Made by a program: the position numbers and the translations under genes. A stretch of 63,556 bases of DNA, filler included, from Collodictyon triciliatum (taxonomy: Eukaryota), in assembly GCA_043381765.1 (NCBI GenBank). It is 6 parts of 6 records of this genome, joined end to end, with 100 filler letters (N's around TTAATTAATTAA, not from the genome) between each part and the next. Parts side by side here need not be neighbours in the genome. Positions count along the whole stretch, not along the records: positions 1 to 14,007 come from JBHJMP010001886.1; 5 more parts are not named here. One strand, written 5' to 3'. Of this stretch, positions 1 to 14,107 are shown piece by piece. Every line of letters starts with the position of its first letter. The first letter of the stretch is position 1. A model generated the notes under the pieces. It did no database searches. It saw only the letters and a list, made by a program, of their open reading frames with translations, and was not told the DNA's origin.

Positions 1-66
1 GTTTTGTTTTGTTTTGTTTTGTTTTGTTTTGTTTTGTTTTGTTTTGTTTTGTTTTGTTTTGTTTTG

Positions 67-93
<27 letters not shown>
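1..93. repeat. (GTTTT)n microsatellite at scaffold start
   Basis: Direct reading of a perfect pentamer array. Confidence 0.97.
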
Positions 94-97
<4 letters not shown>

Positions 98-624
98 TAG
101 TTTATATGCAGAGATTGAGTAAAAGTATGCCGACGCTTTTAATTGTGTGTCTCGGTTGCATATGATAATACACATCACGCACACAAGGATATAAGAACAA
201 AAGCCCCACCAGTTGCATCTCTTTGGGCGAAGCGGACAAAAGTTGCCTGGCGAAGGGTGGTGCCTTTTCCAAGTGTCTGGGCGAGCCTTAGCATGGTCTG
301 TGCTGGGCATTTTTATGTATATAGTTAGCGAAGTTTGTTTTTTGTTTTTTAAAATGAATCGATGTGTCTTTGCTTTGTGGCTCTGGCGGTGACCTGCCGA
401 TTTTCCATTTCGACTTTTCTTTATTAAGAATAATTAAATGATCAGGTTTTTATTTGTTTTGAGGGCAATGACTTTTTATTGACCAATAAAACAAGACATC
501 GCATCATAACATATTAAAACTAAACACCCCATGACACATAAATATGCGATTGTTTCGTATAGTTTTTTTTATTTTAAAAAAAATTAATAAAGAATCAAGC
601 ATATGTATTGACACACAACGCGCT

Positions 625-1360
625 TCAGTTTATGGCTTCTTTTGCCAAGAGACGTGTGCTGGATGTGTCTCTGCTGTACTCTGCGAAACTTTTTGCGCGC
701 GACTTGCGAGGTGACTTGTGCTCGATAGAAGGACGAAGTCTTGTTGGGCGATTCGGGGATGCATGTTGCGATGGCCGCGGTGGTTGTTGGTCGCTATATG
801 AAGCTGGTGGAGATATGTTGCGGGTGTTGGAGACGTTTGGTGGCTGGTGGGCTGTGTTTGGTGTTTGTTTTCGGCTGGTTTCCCTCTTTTGACTCGGACA
901 GAAGTTGGCTGCGTGCGATAGGATGACCTGTGACAAGTATCTCGAGAAGAACTCATATTTTTTTCTATGGTATAATTTACAAGTCACAAAAAACAAAAAA
1001 ACTCACAAAAACTTCGCTACGTTGACCAGGGATTTCTTTTGCCTTCTCCACTGTCCATTTTTTTTGTGGCAATAGTGCTTTTCTAGGCTCTGCTTTCTCT
1101 TAACTCACTGTCGAAAAGCACCCGAAAAAATATTTTTATTAATATGGTTACTGCAGCCATTTAATCCAAAGATAAGCAGCACAATCATATGGATATATAT
1201 ATACGCAAAAAAAAAAAAAAGGAAAAAAAAGGATTTTGTATTGGTAAGGTAACGAAGCGAAATAGAAGGAGGAAAAACCTTTATCCGTGGGATTAGCGCC
1301 AAAGAAGATCAATGATCCAAGGAGTAAAAACAAGATCTTTTCTTTGACGGACCGTTTCAT
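625..1360 (-). CDS. Possible small spliced hypothetical gene (hydrophobic N-terminus, P/S/R-rich tail)
   Basis: ATG 1360 gives MKRSVKEKILFLLLGSLIFFG followed by a GT donor. A GC-richer low-complexity ORF (625-927) follows a CAG acceptor. No recognisable domain. Confidence 0.2.
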
Positions 1361-2355
1361 GCTATTGTGACAAGCAAAACATAAAAACGCAAATATAAGA
1401 ATGATGGTATGTGAATTAATGTTTTTCGTAAAATAAATAAGTTAATAGTTGAATGAATAAGACTTTCATTCCAGCTATAAATGATTTGAATAGAAAAAGA
1501 AGTGAATTATATGAAATGGAAGCAGCACTCGCTGTGGTGGCGCATCAAGAAAAGAAAACTATATATTTTTTGGCACACAGATAATCTAGCAGCACAAAGT
1601 CCACAGGTAACAGAAATGGTCTGTTAAAATCATTAGATTGTGGAAACGACATATGGTTTACAGGATAATACATGATGGATCAGTGGTATGTGAGTATGAC
1701 TGAAAAAGTCGGGCATAGTTTCCCCCACAGCGCAAGCGCTTCGATCCACCCGCCAACGTGGTTAAGGAAAAAGAAGAGCATTTGACTTGATCGTTCTGAA
1801 ACGAGAATATGGAAATCCTACAGACAAATATGGAAAATATAATTACAATAACTTATTGAAGCAAATAATGTGCTTTTAGCCCATTAAGAAACAGTATTAT
1901 TTACCGTATACAATATTAGGTAATATATATACTAATAACTACGTTGCCTACTCAACCCCAGCCCGTTGTGGAGCAACTTCGAACACTTGAATCCCCAACA
2001 CGGTCGATCAGGTGGGTGGTTGGGCAAACAGAAGGGAACCCGAAGCCGTGGGAGACACAGAGCAAGAAAACAAGTAGACCGACGTTATACGACGCACGAA
2101 CAAAGACGTGAAGGATTTATGATAATAAAAGGAGGCATTGATGAAGAGGGAACAAGAAGCCACATAACAACCCAGCGCTCTCAATTCAACAATGATATCG
2201 CTTGGATGCACGGGGAAAGCCTTTCAGAGCTCTTACCCAAAAAAAAAAAAGTAGAAAGAACTAGTAAAAGGTAGAGTATGTAACGGAGAAAGAAGAGACT
2301 CCTACAAAAACTTCAACCTCATAGACAGGTTCTCTTTTACGACGGCCAGAGAAGG

Positions 2356-5300
2356 ATGCTTTCACCAAGATTCACATATGACACATTCCCTCAGGCAGGG
2401 TTTTTCCGCAGACATACAGTAATTGCTGACTATGAAATAGGTTTGTATACTTTTCTCTCGCTATAAAACATTTTCCACTACTAAATGTATATAAATATAT
2501 GTGCGGTTTAACTTTATATTATCCATATCATAGAAATAAAGATGAGTCATTTTCGGCAATTCAAATAAAACTTTTGCATTTGTATTTTTTTTTTTACTTT
2601 GCTACGATATTACTGTATTTCCGTTATATATGTTTCCTTCATTCACTCTCTCAATCTCTCTCAATCTCTCTCTCCTGCTTCTGCTTCTGCTTCTGCTTCT
2701 GCTTCTGCTCCTGCTCCTGCTCCTGCTCCTTTAATATCGAAAACAGGTCCGCTGTTAGGCTATGGATCATTCACCAAAGTAAGACTCGGAAAAAATGCAA
2801 GGACAAAGAAAATTGTTGCTGTAAAACTATATAAGAAGAAGCACATGGACGAAGATATAACTAAGCAAATGGAGCAAGTAAATTCTCATCTATTTTATTT
2901 TAGGAAAAGAAAATCCTTTTCTTTAAAAATCAAATGATATTATAATCACATTTTCGTGTTTTCTTTTTTACTTTCTCTGAACATAATAAGATAAATCATT
3001 TTTGTTTAACGTTTTTACTTTTCTTTTCATTTCTTGACTTAATTTTCTTTTCATTCCATTTCTTTACTCCTTTTTTTCTTCTTGAATCGCTAAAGGAACA
3101 CAGAGTTCTTCTAGCACACAACCACCCAAATATTGTCAGCTTCGTCGAGCGGCTGGAAAATAAGAAGTACATTTATTTTGTGTTAGAATATGTAGATGGC
3201 GGCGATTTATTGGATTTTCTGCAGAAGAAAGCACCGGTAACTTTCTCGAAACTTGAATATTATTTTATATTTTAAATTTTCCCTTTTTCCCTTTTTCCCA
3301 TTTTCCCTCCTTTTTTGTGTGTATTCTTTTCTTTTCTTTTGGTTCCTGCTCTCGCTATTGTATTAATGTCCCATTCAAATTTCAATTAATATAATACGCC
3401 ATGACATCAGAGAGGTTGTAAGCCTGCCGTGGCGCACCATTTTTTCCGACAGATTATTTTCGCTCTCCAATATTGTCACCGGAATCACATCATACACCGC
3501 GACCTCAAGCTCGATAATATTCTTATCACTCGCCACATGGAAATTAAACTGGCCGACTTTGGCTTAAGCACAGCATACCTGTGTGAATCGGAATTGAAGG
3601 ATTTTTGCGGCTCTTTAAACTACGCAGCACCTGAAATCCTTATTGGTGAGCCTTATATGGGGCGCCCTGCTGATGTTTGGGCCTTGGGTGTTATCCTATA
3701 TGCTTTGATGGAAGGTGCATTCCCTTTCTCAGACAACAAGTCAGACCGGATGGCAGAATCTATCCTGAAAGGAGCTTACACGCCTATTTCAAGGGATATG
3801 CCGCTTATATCCTCCATCTTAGATGGCATTTTTCAGGTTGATACAAAGCAGCGGATTTCTTTGGATGAAATAGCACGTCACATTTGGGTAATAAATGGGC
3901 CTCCCAAAGAAGAGTTGGCGGTATATTCAAGAGGCTTGAAGCAAAATGTGCCACACTTCCGGTCGTGTCTTATATCTGAGGACCATTACCGGCAAATCAC
4001 AGCACCTGGTGTTCATGACGAACTATCAGAGCAGAGCGCTACGCCTCTCATTCCTTCAGTACAGAGCGCCGTAGAAATAAGTCACATTCAAGAGATAGCG
4101 CCCCCGTCTCCGCCCCCGTCCGTCCATCTTCATATGGAACATGAAGCTGACTATAAAGTAGCTTCGCGTGACTCTGCAGAAATAGAAGCAGGAAACGAAA
4201 TCAGTCTTGATAAGTGGAAGTCAAGTGCAACGGAAGCGCCCCATGATTTCGAACCAATCAACCCTCAAGAAAGCCATTTGGATGCCTCTGAGCCAATTAC
4301 GACTGTTGTTGAAACCACCCAAACTTCCGCATCTGATTCGAAGCCGGTTGATGGGGGCTCTGCTTTTCCAAAGGATTTGACAACCAGGCCCAGAAGCAAA
4401 TCAAGCTCTAAATCGCGGTCTCGCAGCAAATCAGAAATGAAACTTCAAATGACAAAATCAGGAAATGAAACATTTATAATCATTCCAAAAACATCTGGAA
4501 GAATGGTTGGTCTGCTAAAGTCGAAATTCAGCAGAAGAGAAGACCATATGACAGAATCAACCTTGAAAGCTCACCCGACATTGTCTTATATAGAACCCAT
4601 CGGCGAATATGCAGCAGTTGCCCTCACAACTTCAGATGCCAGCGCATCCAGCTCACAAAATGCATCAACGAAGGATAATGAGCAGCAAAGCCTTCCTCCA
4701 AATCAGCAGTCTGGGACACAAGAGAGAGTTGGTTCGATGGCCATGCATTCAACCCCGTCCATTCCTTTTGCACACCAACCGCATCATTTCCAACCGCAAC
4801 AGCAGCATAATTCATTCTCAGACTTTCATTCTCTTCTCCATAATCAAAGAACTGACACTGGCTACAGAGAGTCATTGAATCTTCGCAATATGGCTGATTT
4901 GAGGCACCAGCTTTCATTGACGCCTTCAATAAGTCCTTCCATAACCCAAGGCCACCACCAGTACCAGCATACTGGGTCTCTGAATTCGCATGGACAGAGT
5001 GCGCACAATGACGTTCGTAACTATCCAGAGTCTCGTGCCTCATCTTACAGCCCGGCTGATCGCTCGCTAATGCAACGGCCCTCGTCTCACTCTTTCTCTG
5101 GGAGAGTCCACCACGAAAGCTTTTCTGGCGGGGTATATCACCAGGGAAATGTAAGTAAACTAATCGCTTTTCTGTTGCTTTCTTTCTTTTTTCTTTTTCT
5201 TTTTCTTTTTCTTTTTCTTTTTCTTTTTCTTTTTCTTTTTCTTTTTCTTTTTCTTTTTCTTTTTCTTTTTCTTTTTCTTTTTCTTTTTTTACATAAATGT

Positions 5301-5656
5301 CAAAGTATTCGGAGCGCGGAAAGATTGTGGTCCCATTTGACCATATAGTTTATCTATTCTGCTATGAAAGCAAGCGAACCACAATTGTATGGCTGATATT
5401 CACTGGGATAGAAAAAAGCTTTTTAATTTTGAGATATTGATTCAGAAAAAAAAAATTGCGATTATGAAAATCCTAACATCCGATATACTATGTTCTGTAG
5501 GCTATGGGTGTCCCAAATCCATCCCATCGTCATGGCACACTCAACAAAACTGATAGATCAAGCAGAACATTTTCGGGTTCCGACTGGCAACTTGGGGAGA
5601 ATGTTGTGTCTTCGACATTGACAAAACCTATGTATGGTCGCCATACTCCGCGTTGA
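2356..5656 (+). CDS. CAMK-group Ser/Thr kinase, AMPK/SNF1/MARK-like, with long disordered C-terminus (5 exons)
   Basis: Exons 2356-2440, 2747-2877, 3096-3236, 3411-5150, 5501-5656 join in frame. Motifs LGYGSFTKV, VAVK, HPNIV, HRDLKLDN, DFG, FCGSLNYAAPE, DVWALG. Confidence 0.92.
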
Positions 5657-6534
5657 GATAACTTGTCCCACCCCATTTCTTTGCTCCTCTTCATCCAAAA
5701 ATTGTATATGCCACCACATATACGATGGATAATTCCTTTGACTGGTTTTATTTGAATGTCATTTTTTTAAAATGAGATTTGTGTCCTGTTAACACAACCG
5801 AACAACGCTTCAAAGATATATCCGATTTTTTTCATGGTTGAACAAGCCGATGTATATCATCATCCTACCAACACCTTGAAACCCCATAACCATCGAAATG
5901 CCTTATAATGAGCTTCATAAATGCACCCTCTCTTTTCTCCTGCAATCTGACGTATATACAATACTTTTTTTTTTTTTTTTAACATATTCACCATTTAAAA
6001 CTGAACTGTAATCATTCTTCATTTCTTAAATTATTCTATTATTATTATTATTATTTTTTTTTTAAAAAAAAAAAGGAAATGAAAGGAAAGGAAAGCTGTT
6101 GGGGTGGCGCATCAAATCTTTTGTTGGGATGCGAAGCAAGAGAAAGATTCAATGAGTATGATGCTGCGCCCTGCTCTTTAAGTGGAGTAATTATCCGCTT
6201 GTGGGATACCGTTGAAATGTCAACATTGTGTTTCCGTTACGAGAGATTAGTCTGCGATTCAAAATGATCAGCGATTAATCAAAGTCGAGGCGGGATTGTG
6301 AGCGAGTGCCTGAGGAAAGCAGGAAGCAGCGTTGGCAACCAAAGACGAGCCCACCGTTTAGAAATAACCACGCGGGTATCTGAACTTGGAGAGAAAGAGG
6401 AATGCAAGAAACAGTCGTAACATGATCGACAATACAGATCAAAAAGAGAGCGACGCTACTCTCAAGCGCCGTGTGTGAAGCAACAGACAGTATTCGCGAA
6501 AAGAAAAGAGCAGAGCAGAACAATCAAGACTGTG

Positions 6535-8918
6535 ATGGCAGGACGATCGAGCACTGGTTTGCAGGATGGTTTGTTTCCTTTCTTTGTATTTAAATATGTT
6601 TTTTTTTTGGCAGACATCTATCGCACGGAAGTAACTCGTTATGTCTTTTTTTTTCTTCCTTTTTTCTTCCTTTTTTCTCTTTATTCATTTATGTATGTAT
6701 ATATGTATGAAAAATAGTCATGTTAGGAACAAGGCACAATCGCCTGACTATCTCTTTGTTTGTGTGAATAGTTGAGGGAGAACTTGCGGAACTTCACCGC
6801 CGCTTCCGCATTATGGAGGGCGAAAGAAAATCATACACAGAGACTTCGCAGGGAGACATTCGTAAGCAAAAGGCAACGATTGAAAAACTCAAGAAAGAAA
6901 ACGAATACCTGAAAGAGGAGCTGGCTCAGGTTTGCTTCGGTGGTCACATAGACTTAGTTTTCGTTCTATCAAATTGCTTTCTATCAGTATTTACCTTGTT
7001 TGTTTGTTTGTTTGTTTGTTTGTTTGTTTGTTTGTTTGTTTGTTTGTTTGTTTGTTTGTTTGTTTCTTTTTATCAAAAAATCATCAAATAGATTGTAACC
7101 CATCTAGACTTCTCTTTCGCATTATAGGTTGAATCGCAGAGCATAGACCATTCAGTCAACCAAACCACGACTACTGCGATATCGAAGCTTCAGGAGTCCA
7201 TTGACTGTATAGCGCCAAATACTTTATTGATAAAAAAAAACATGTTTTATTCTTCCTTTCAATGTGTTCAAGATGGTGATAGTGTTGACTTCAGTTCACT
7301 GGCCATTGATAAATTTTTATTGTTAAAAATTACTAGAACTATTGTATTTTACATGTACTCTTAGTTCGGTCCATCCAATATATTTATGTTTGAAATCCGT
7401 ATTAAACTATCTTTTGCGCAGTGCTCAATCGAAAGATAGACATGGAGAGAAATCGGATAGACGAATTGGATAGACATTTGAAGCTCGTGAATGATCGCAT
7501 CCTGGAACAGAAGCAGGAGCTCGGCGGAGTTACAGCCACAAGAGAGGCTGGACTTGCCATCAACAGACAGATTAAAGTTCTCGAAAATCGCTTGGATAAG
7601 GTTTGCACTATCTTACATGGTTGGTCAATCATTTTCTCATTTATTCGAGCTAATTTGGGCACTGGTTTGTTATTCTGAGTCCCGTGCAATATGCCTCTAG
7701 TTTACATGCCTTCATATGATATTGTAGGCCTTGGTAAGATTCAATGAAGCTCTTGCCCAAAACAAACTCTTGCGAGACCAAATTGACACCCTGCGTCGTG
7801 AAAGAGTCGTGTTCGACACTCTCTACAAGAAACATGAGAAGCAATTGATGGACCAGAAAAAGGAGATGGCTTCCGTGATTGAAATGTCCAATGCTGCGTA
7901 CGAGCAGAGGTACGTTATTCGTGTAATGTGTATTTTTTTATACTATTACATCCCATTTTGTGCAAAATGGGAAGTTTAGGCCCTTATCCATGAATATCAT
8001 TTTTCCTGTGGTTTTTATTTAACTATGCATTACTTCATAAGAGATGAGGCCCAGAATAGAGTTATTCAACTAAAGGAGAAAGCTGATAAGGAAATAAGCG
8101 TCTTCGAAGCTGAAATGAAGGAACTCAACCGCGCTATTGAGCAAGATAGAAAAATGAAAGGTTTAATTTTGATATGTTCTGGCTGGACTAATAGTGTCCT
8201 GAAACAAATCTATCTAGGAAACAAAGTATCGAATAAAGGGGAAAAAAATCTAGGAAACAAAGTATATTGAGCTAATGCACACATTCATAGATTTTATGAA
8301 GTTGAGAGAGACATCAGACAAACCTGGAAGTGCAGATAAGAAAAAGAAGAAGGGACTTTGGGATTTCCCGAACGGAAGAGCGGCAACTCAGCTGTCGATG
8401 GAAAAAGTACAAACTTACGAAGAAGGGTTCGCAAAAATTCAGGTTTCTTTAAAAAAAAAAAAAAAGAATTACAGAAAACAATCTTATCATAATCCTTATT
8501 CACAAGTGAGAGAGAAGAATATGAATATAGTGATGATTGTGCGCATAGAAAGCTCTGAAACAAGGATTCCTCATTTGTTTTGTAATAGGCCGCCACAGGA
8601 ATAACCGATATTGATGAATTCGTTAATACATTCATTAAAGTAGAAGACCAGAACTTTTCCTTGTTCAATTTTGTGAACGAGCTAAATAACGAAATTGAGA
8701 AACTAGAGGAACAGGTTAATTTCTCTTTATGTCTTCCACTAACATCAGAGCATAAAAAAAAATCATATCATTTTCTTATCTTTTTGTAGATGATTAACTT
8801 GATTCGTCTCTATTTCGTTTTGATTATCAGATTGCTGATATTCGCACAGAAATTGAAAAATACAAAAGTCAAGGTGCCAACACAGATAGCCAGAGAAAGA
8901 AGATTCTCAAAGACTTGG
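6535..8918 (+). CDS. ODA1: Outer dynein arm docking complex subunit (ODA1/DC2; CCDC114/CCDC63 family), 3' end lost in gap
   Basis: Multi-exon coiled coil with ELAELHRRFRIMEGERKSYTETSQ, IKVLENRLDKALVRFNEALAQNKLLRDQIDTLRRER, YEEGFAKIQAATGITDIDEFVNTFIKVEDQNFSLFNFVNELNNEIE. These are characteristic of the family. Runs into the N-gap at 8964. Confidence 0.9.
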
Positions 8919-10126
8919 GTGAGCCGCCATGACTTTCTATGTGATAATGTTTTTTTTTTAAAANNNNNNNNNNNNNNNNNNNNNNNNNNNNNNNNNNNNN
9001 NNNNNNNNNNNNNNNNNNNNNNNNNNNNNNNNNNNNNNNNNNNNNNNNNNNNNNNNNNNNNNNNNNNNNNNNNNNNNNNNNNNNNNNNNNNNNNNNNNNN
9101 NNNNNNNNNNNNNNNNNNNNNNNNNNNNNNNNNNNNNNNNNNNNNNNNNNNTGTTGTTTTTGTTGTTGTTTTTGTTGTTGTTTTTGTTGTTGTTTTTGTT
9201 GTTGTTTTTATATGTATTTGTATATGTATTTGTATATGTATTTATATATGTATTTGTATGATAGTATATGATATTATATTTATTTATATTTTTGAAGTTA
9301 GTTGAAAATAACTCATTCCCTTCAATGTGTGTACCACCATTATAATAAAAAAAATTGTGCCGTACATTGCCTGTCAATATATATATTTGCAAGTTGTCCT
9401 AGGCGGCCCTCTTTCGCATCACCAAATAGCCAGAGTGATGCACCACAGCCATAGCTTGAGCAACAAGCATCATATTTTGGTTACACTTTGATTACATTCG
9501 GGCAAACATACCAGGAATATTTCATATTGTCACCCCCACAGACGCCGTTGGGCGGTTCAATCATATTACGATTCCCAAAGCAGGCCAGTTTTAAGATTGG
9601 GAGGGAATCATACCACCTAATGGCACTACCAAAGTAAATATCTGTCTTTCTTTTATTTTGCTACTTCCATTGCAAGAGGGAGAAAAAAAATATCGTGTAG
9701 AACACATTTCGAGTGTTACCAAGACTTTAAGTTAAGGAAAACTTTTCGATCAAACACGCTCTCTCACCTCCGTTTATTTTAGTTAAGTTTATTTTATACT
9801 CGGCATAATTTTTGCACAGTGTAGAGACAGATAGCTCGCCCTGAAGTTATAATTTAGTGTGTGAATTGAAAACATCATCAGTCGAGGGAGAAAAAAGAAA
9901 ATTAAGGTTCCAGAAAGAAATCAACACACAACAATTTACCAATTGGAGAAGAAAAAAGGATGGACAAAGAAATAGGTAAATCTGGTCAGCTTAAGATGAA
10001 GCGAGGGGAAAAAATACATAAAAAACGTATTTACATAAGCTCTAAGTTAATGATTTAATGTGAAAATTATTCGCATAAGGATGTATAAATCAATATTGCT
10101 TTAATAGAATACTTTATTTCGTCTAT

Positions 10127-12183
10127 TTATCTCTTCAGTTTAGCTCGGAGTTCTTCCCAAATATTCGTATTTTCTCGTAATGTAGTCAGTAGCTCATTTG
10201 CTTGTGGTACAATCGTCACAATAGATTCATAGACAGGTATCCCCATAAACTTCAAAAAGTCCACTTGCGAATCAGGAAGCAGAATTTTTCCTCTGTCAAA
10301 TAAAGGAGGTGGGTCGAATCCCAGTTTTTTCATAGCGTCGCCTTGGGCATAAAATTCTTCCTGAACTCGCTCTGCCCATCGGTACGACTATGTGCAATGG
10401 ATTAGAATGCATAGCGGTGGCTCCAAAAGCGTAACATGTATCAATAATCGGTTTTTTTTTTTTGTTTTGTATTTTTTGAGAGCAGAACTTACCACTTCGA
10501 AAGATTTTGCAATTGCCGCGATGTCGCTCATGGACATCATAATTCTCATAAGACCATGTCTATCTTCTAGTTCATCTTTTTGGAACCCTCGCCTGGAGAT
10601 CTCCTTAATAATTGCATGAAACAATATGTCAAATCATGTGGCAAATTTCTTTATAAAAAAAATTGCATCCACGCATTTCTTCATTACCTTGACTTTTGTC
10701 AAGGTATCCTTATAGGACTGTACATCTGTGGCTAAAATGGCATATTTGATTGTAGACAAAACATTTTCGTGGTCGTGCTGTTGTGTAAATGGCATACATT
10801 TGTTAATATAAATACATGAGAGAAGGAAACAACATTCACATAGAAGCGATGATATTGTCATAATGATTCCACTATGATATATATAGTGAAACCTGTGGCA
10901 AGAAGTCCAAAATATTTAGCTCAGCCGTTGACAGGATTGATAGAGTTCTTTCCCAATGATGCATTTCCATAACAGGCTTTCCTTCATAGAGCTCAGCAAT
11001 AGCTGAGCTGCATTTGTTGAATGGTAAGTCGTAATTCTCAAATAGAAAATGAAAGAATTAGCACATTGTCTAAGTGAATTGAAGCGAAGGGAAGCAGCAA
11101 ACCACATGACAAGAGGACTTGTAAGAAGAGAAAACCGCAAATAATGACACAAATTTTGATTCGTACTGTGACAGCCTCTCGAATGCGTTATTACGACCAC
11201 GATGGTCAATATCATGGCAAAGAGCGGCGATGACTAGGGCCAGCAATTCCAGATCAGGGAATAAAGCCTACGGGCATGATATCGAAAGTCGTGATGTGTT
11301 TGATTTTTCTTTCTTACTTTTTTTTTTTCATTTCAATTTGTGAAAGATAGTGGAGGTTTTGGCATGATGAATTTAATTCTTGTAACATTTGGGGTACAAT
11401 ATTAACATATACACTGGAAGGCTTTACCTTCAAATTGTACACTTGGAGGAGATAGAACATTGAATGTGTAACGATCATAGCATGTTGAAAGTTGTGATAC
11501 GAGACTTGGCGATAGTTTTTTCTAACGCTTAGTAGGAATAACACAAGCTTACCTGGAGCCAATCGAAACCTATGTTACCGGTTAAAATAAAAATGAGTCC
11601 TTCAAAAAATGGAATGTACAAAATATCCCTTAAAAGGCCATCATTAGGCTATTTAATTTATAAGATGAAGAAAAATACATCACTGTATATTGGCATCGTA
11701 TATATGGAGAAAAAGACTTGCTTTTTAAATAACCCCAGGGTTTTGAAGAACTGTAGGCATATCAAAATCTGGTCTCGCTCGTTCAGATCAAGCGAGTCAA
11801 AATTATATGACCTAAGATAATTCCTGGCTGTAAAAAAACACGGGAAACGATAGTATATAAGTGATTAGCTGAATACATAATGGTATCCTCTCTAAAATAG
11901 TTGGAATCAGAATCTGAGTCAAGAGCCAGGTCATCATATTCTGTTATCTCCTCCATTGTGGGTTTTGTATGGTAAGTCATCAGTTCCAGTGCCACCTATC
12001 AGATCAATATATCAGTTGAGAAAAATAGAATCACCTTGACGTATTCAATCATGTTGCTTATGAATGAACCCTTTTTATTTTCGCTTTTTGTTTCGATTCC
12101 TTTTTTTTAAAAAAAAAAAAAGAAATAAGTGTTATAATAATATGTCAATCTTATATGAATTTCATGTTATCGTAGTAGTTTTG

Positions 12184-12228
<45 letters not shown>

Positions 12229-13780
12229 CTGTGCCCGCTTTTCAGATTTCAGAGCCTTTTCATAAAGACTGGCATTAAATAGGCTAAAATTTCAGATACC
12301 AATTAGAGAAGACACTTTACTACCATGAGTTAAAAGAAAAAGGAGCTATCTACTCATGAATAAGAAAACATAATTTATTGGGTTGCAGAAGAGTAAGTCG
12401 GCTTCTATTTTGGTCAGTTTCTTAGTCATATTCTTACCTTATTCCGCATAGGGCTGTGAAAGTTTTGGCGACGTCCTCGTCTCTTGGAAGAAATGCACCG
12501 TGGAGTTTATTCACAAATTGAATGACCCCAATGATTTTTTGCCCTTGTGCGAATATTGGTAGACATAGCATTGACTTGGTGCGATATCTGAATAGCATTT
12601 CGATTTTTACTGATAGCACCACACGAGGTTAAATAGCTGGTGAAAATATTAATAATTGGATTATCAGAGAACAAAATATCGATTTTTAGATCAAAAATAT
12701 CGAATGGAAGTCATTATAATCGAGAACATGTTTCTGTATTTATAGTTCATCGAGTAAAGTAGGAGAATAGACCCTGTCATCACGTCGACCTCAGGGTTAA
12801 ATCTGTCATCGTCATAAACATCGAAAAGATTCACAATCTAGTGAGAGAAAGAGGGGGGAAAACGCACTTGAATTTTTAAGGAAATGAAATAAAGAGATAT
12901 GTTACGTCAAATATTTGAACAAGTAATACTTCTCCAGATGTTACAACATATCCAGCAATCCCCCTATCAGTACTAAAACGAACTGTTTTAACCTGAAATA
13001 CCCCCATTTTTTTTTAAAAAAAAAAAAAACAGCATTTTTGTCAAAAGCTGTCAAGCAAGGGAGGAAACCACAAAGGGAAATTGTACTAAACGTGATAAAG
13101 AAATCATGTAATGGGCTGGGCATAGAACGTGTATGCAGCGTACCTCTCCAGGGGTAATACTCTCATTTTTTGTCATATCAAACACAAGAGAATAAAGTTG
13201 GTGAGTATCTTCATCAAGCAGGAATAGAGAGCACCTATCAGCCTGCATCAAGTCGACACCCGTTCTCATAATTTTCCTCACCAGCACCGTCTTATATGTT
13301 GAATGAAAATTATTATTATTTTCAATGATTTCAGATCTACTTCATTTCAGAACGATATTGATGATATGTATATGAGTAAGAAATACAAATACCTTATCAA
13401 GTTCTTCTAAAAGCGATTTTGCAACAAGTAAAATCGTATCCTCCTTCTTTTTCATGTTTGGAGAGCTAGGCATTTGCTTGAAGCGTGCACTTTCCTAAAT
13501 AAGCACATTGACTATTTCACGTATTGAAGGTCAAGTAGTAGGAACTGATTTTTTTTTAATAAAAAAAATTGAAGAAGAAACTACTTATGTATCCTTCATT
13601 AAAATATATGATGAGAGAGCTGCCGTGAAGATTAAAATTAGCTCTAATATGATAATAGAATCAACTTCTGCCTACCGTTAACAAATCGTAATAGCCGATG
13701 GCATGTTTGATTAAAATTGCTGAGAACTTGAAGATTTGTTCATGTGGATTCTTTTTTGTGTCTGAGGTAAACGTGAAATT
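10127..13780 (-). CDS. GAF-domain class I cyclic nucleotide phosphodiesterase (PDE2/5/10/11-type architecture), 5' truncated
   Basis: GAF motifs [48 protein letters not shown]. Catalytic motifs [46 protein letters not shown]. Stop at 10127. Exon 13676-13780 resembles the end of an upstream GAF. Confidence 0.93.
12187..12226. repeat. (GA)n microsatellite in PDE intron
   Basis: Direct reading. Confidence 0.95.
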
Positions 13781-14007
13781 CTACAGAGAATACAATGCTG
13801 ATTTTATATTCTAAGTGGGGTGTGCGAAAAGCAGAAGCAGCTCCGCTATGAGTTGAACAAAAAAAATAATGGTACAGTGTAATGGTGAAGTGTATGTTTT
13901 TTTATTTTTCTCCTTCTCTTTTTCTTTTTCTTTTTCTTTTTCTTTTTCTTTTTCTTTTTCTTTTTCTTTTTCTTTTTCTTTTTCTTTTTCTTTTTCTTTT
14001 TCTTTTT

Positions 14008-14107
14008 NNNNNNNNNNNNNNNNNNNNNNNNNNNNNNNNNNNNNNNNNNNNTTAATTAATTAANNNNNNNNNNNNNNNNNNNNNNNNNNNNNNNNNNNNN
14101 NNNNNNN
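14008..14107. other. Artificial scaffold spacer (44 N + TTAATTAATTAA + 44 N); identical spacers at 28112-28211, 42191-42290, 56260-56359, 60743-60842
   Basis: The same 100-nt pattern occurs five times. The 12-mer has stop codons in all six frames. Confidence 0.97.

Noticed and set aside
14052-14063. Recurring TTAATTAATTAA palindrome as a biological motif
   Set aside because: It is always centred in 44+44 Ns. It is a six-frame stop linker.
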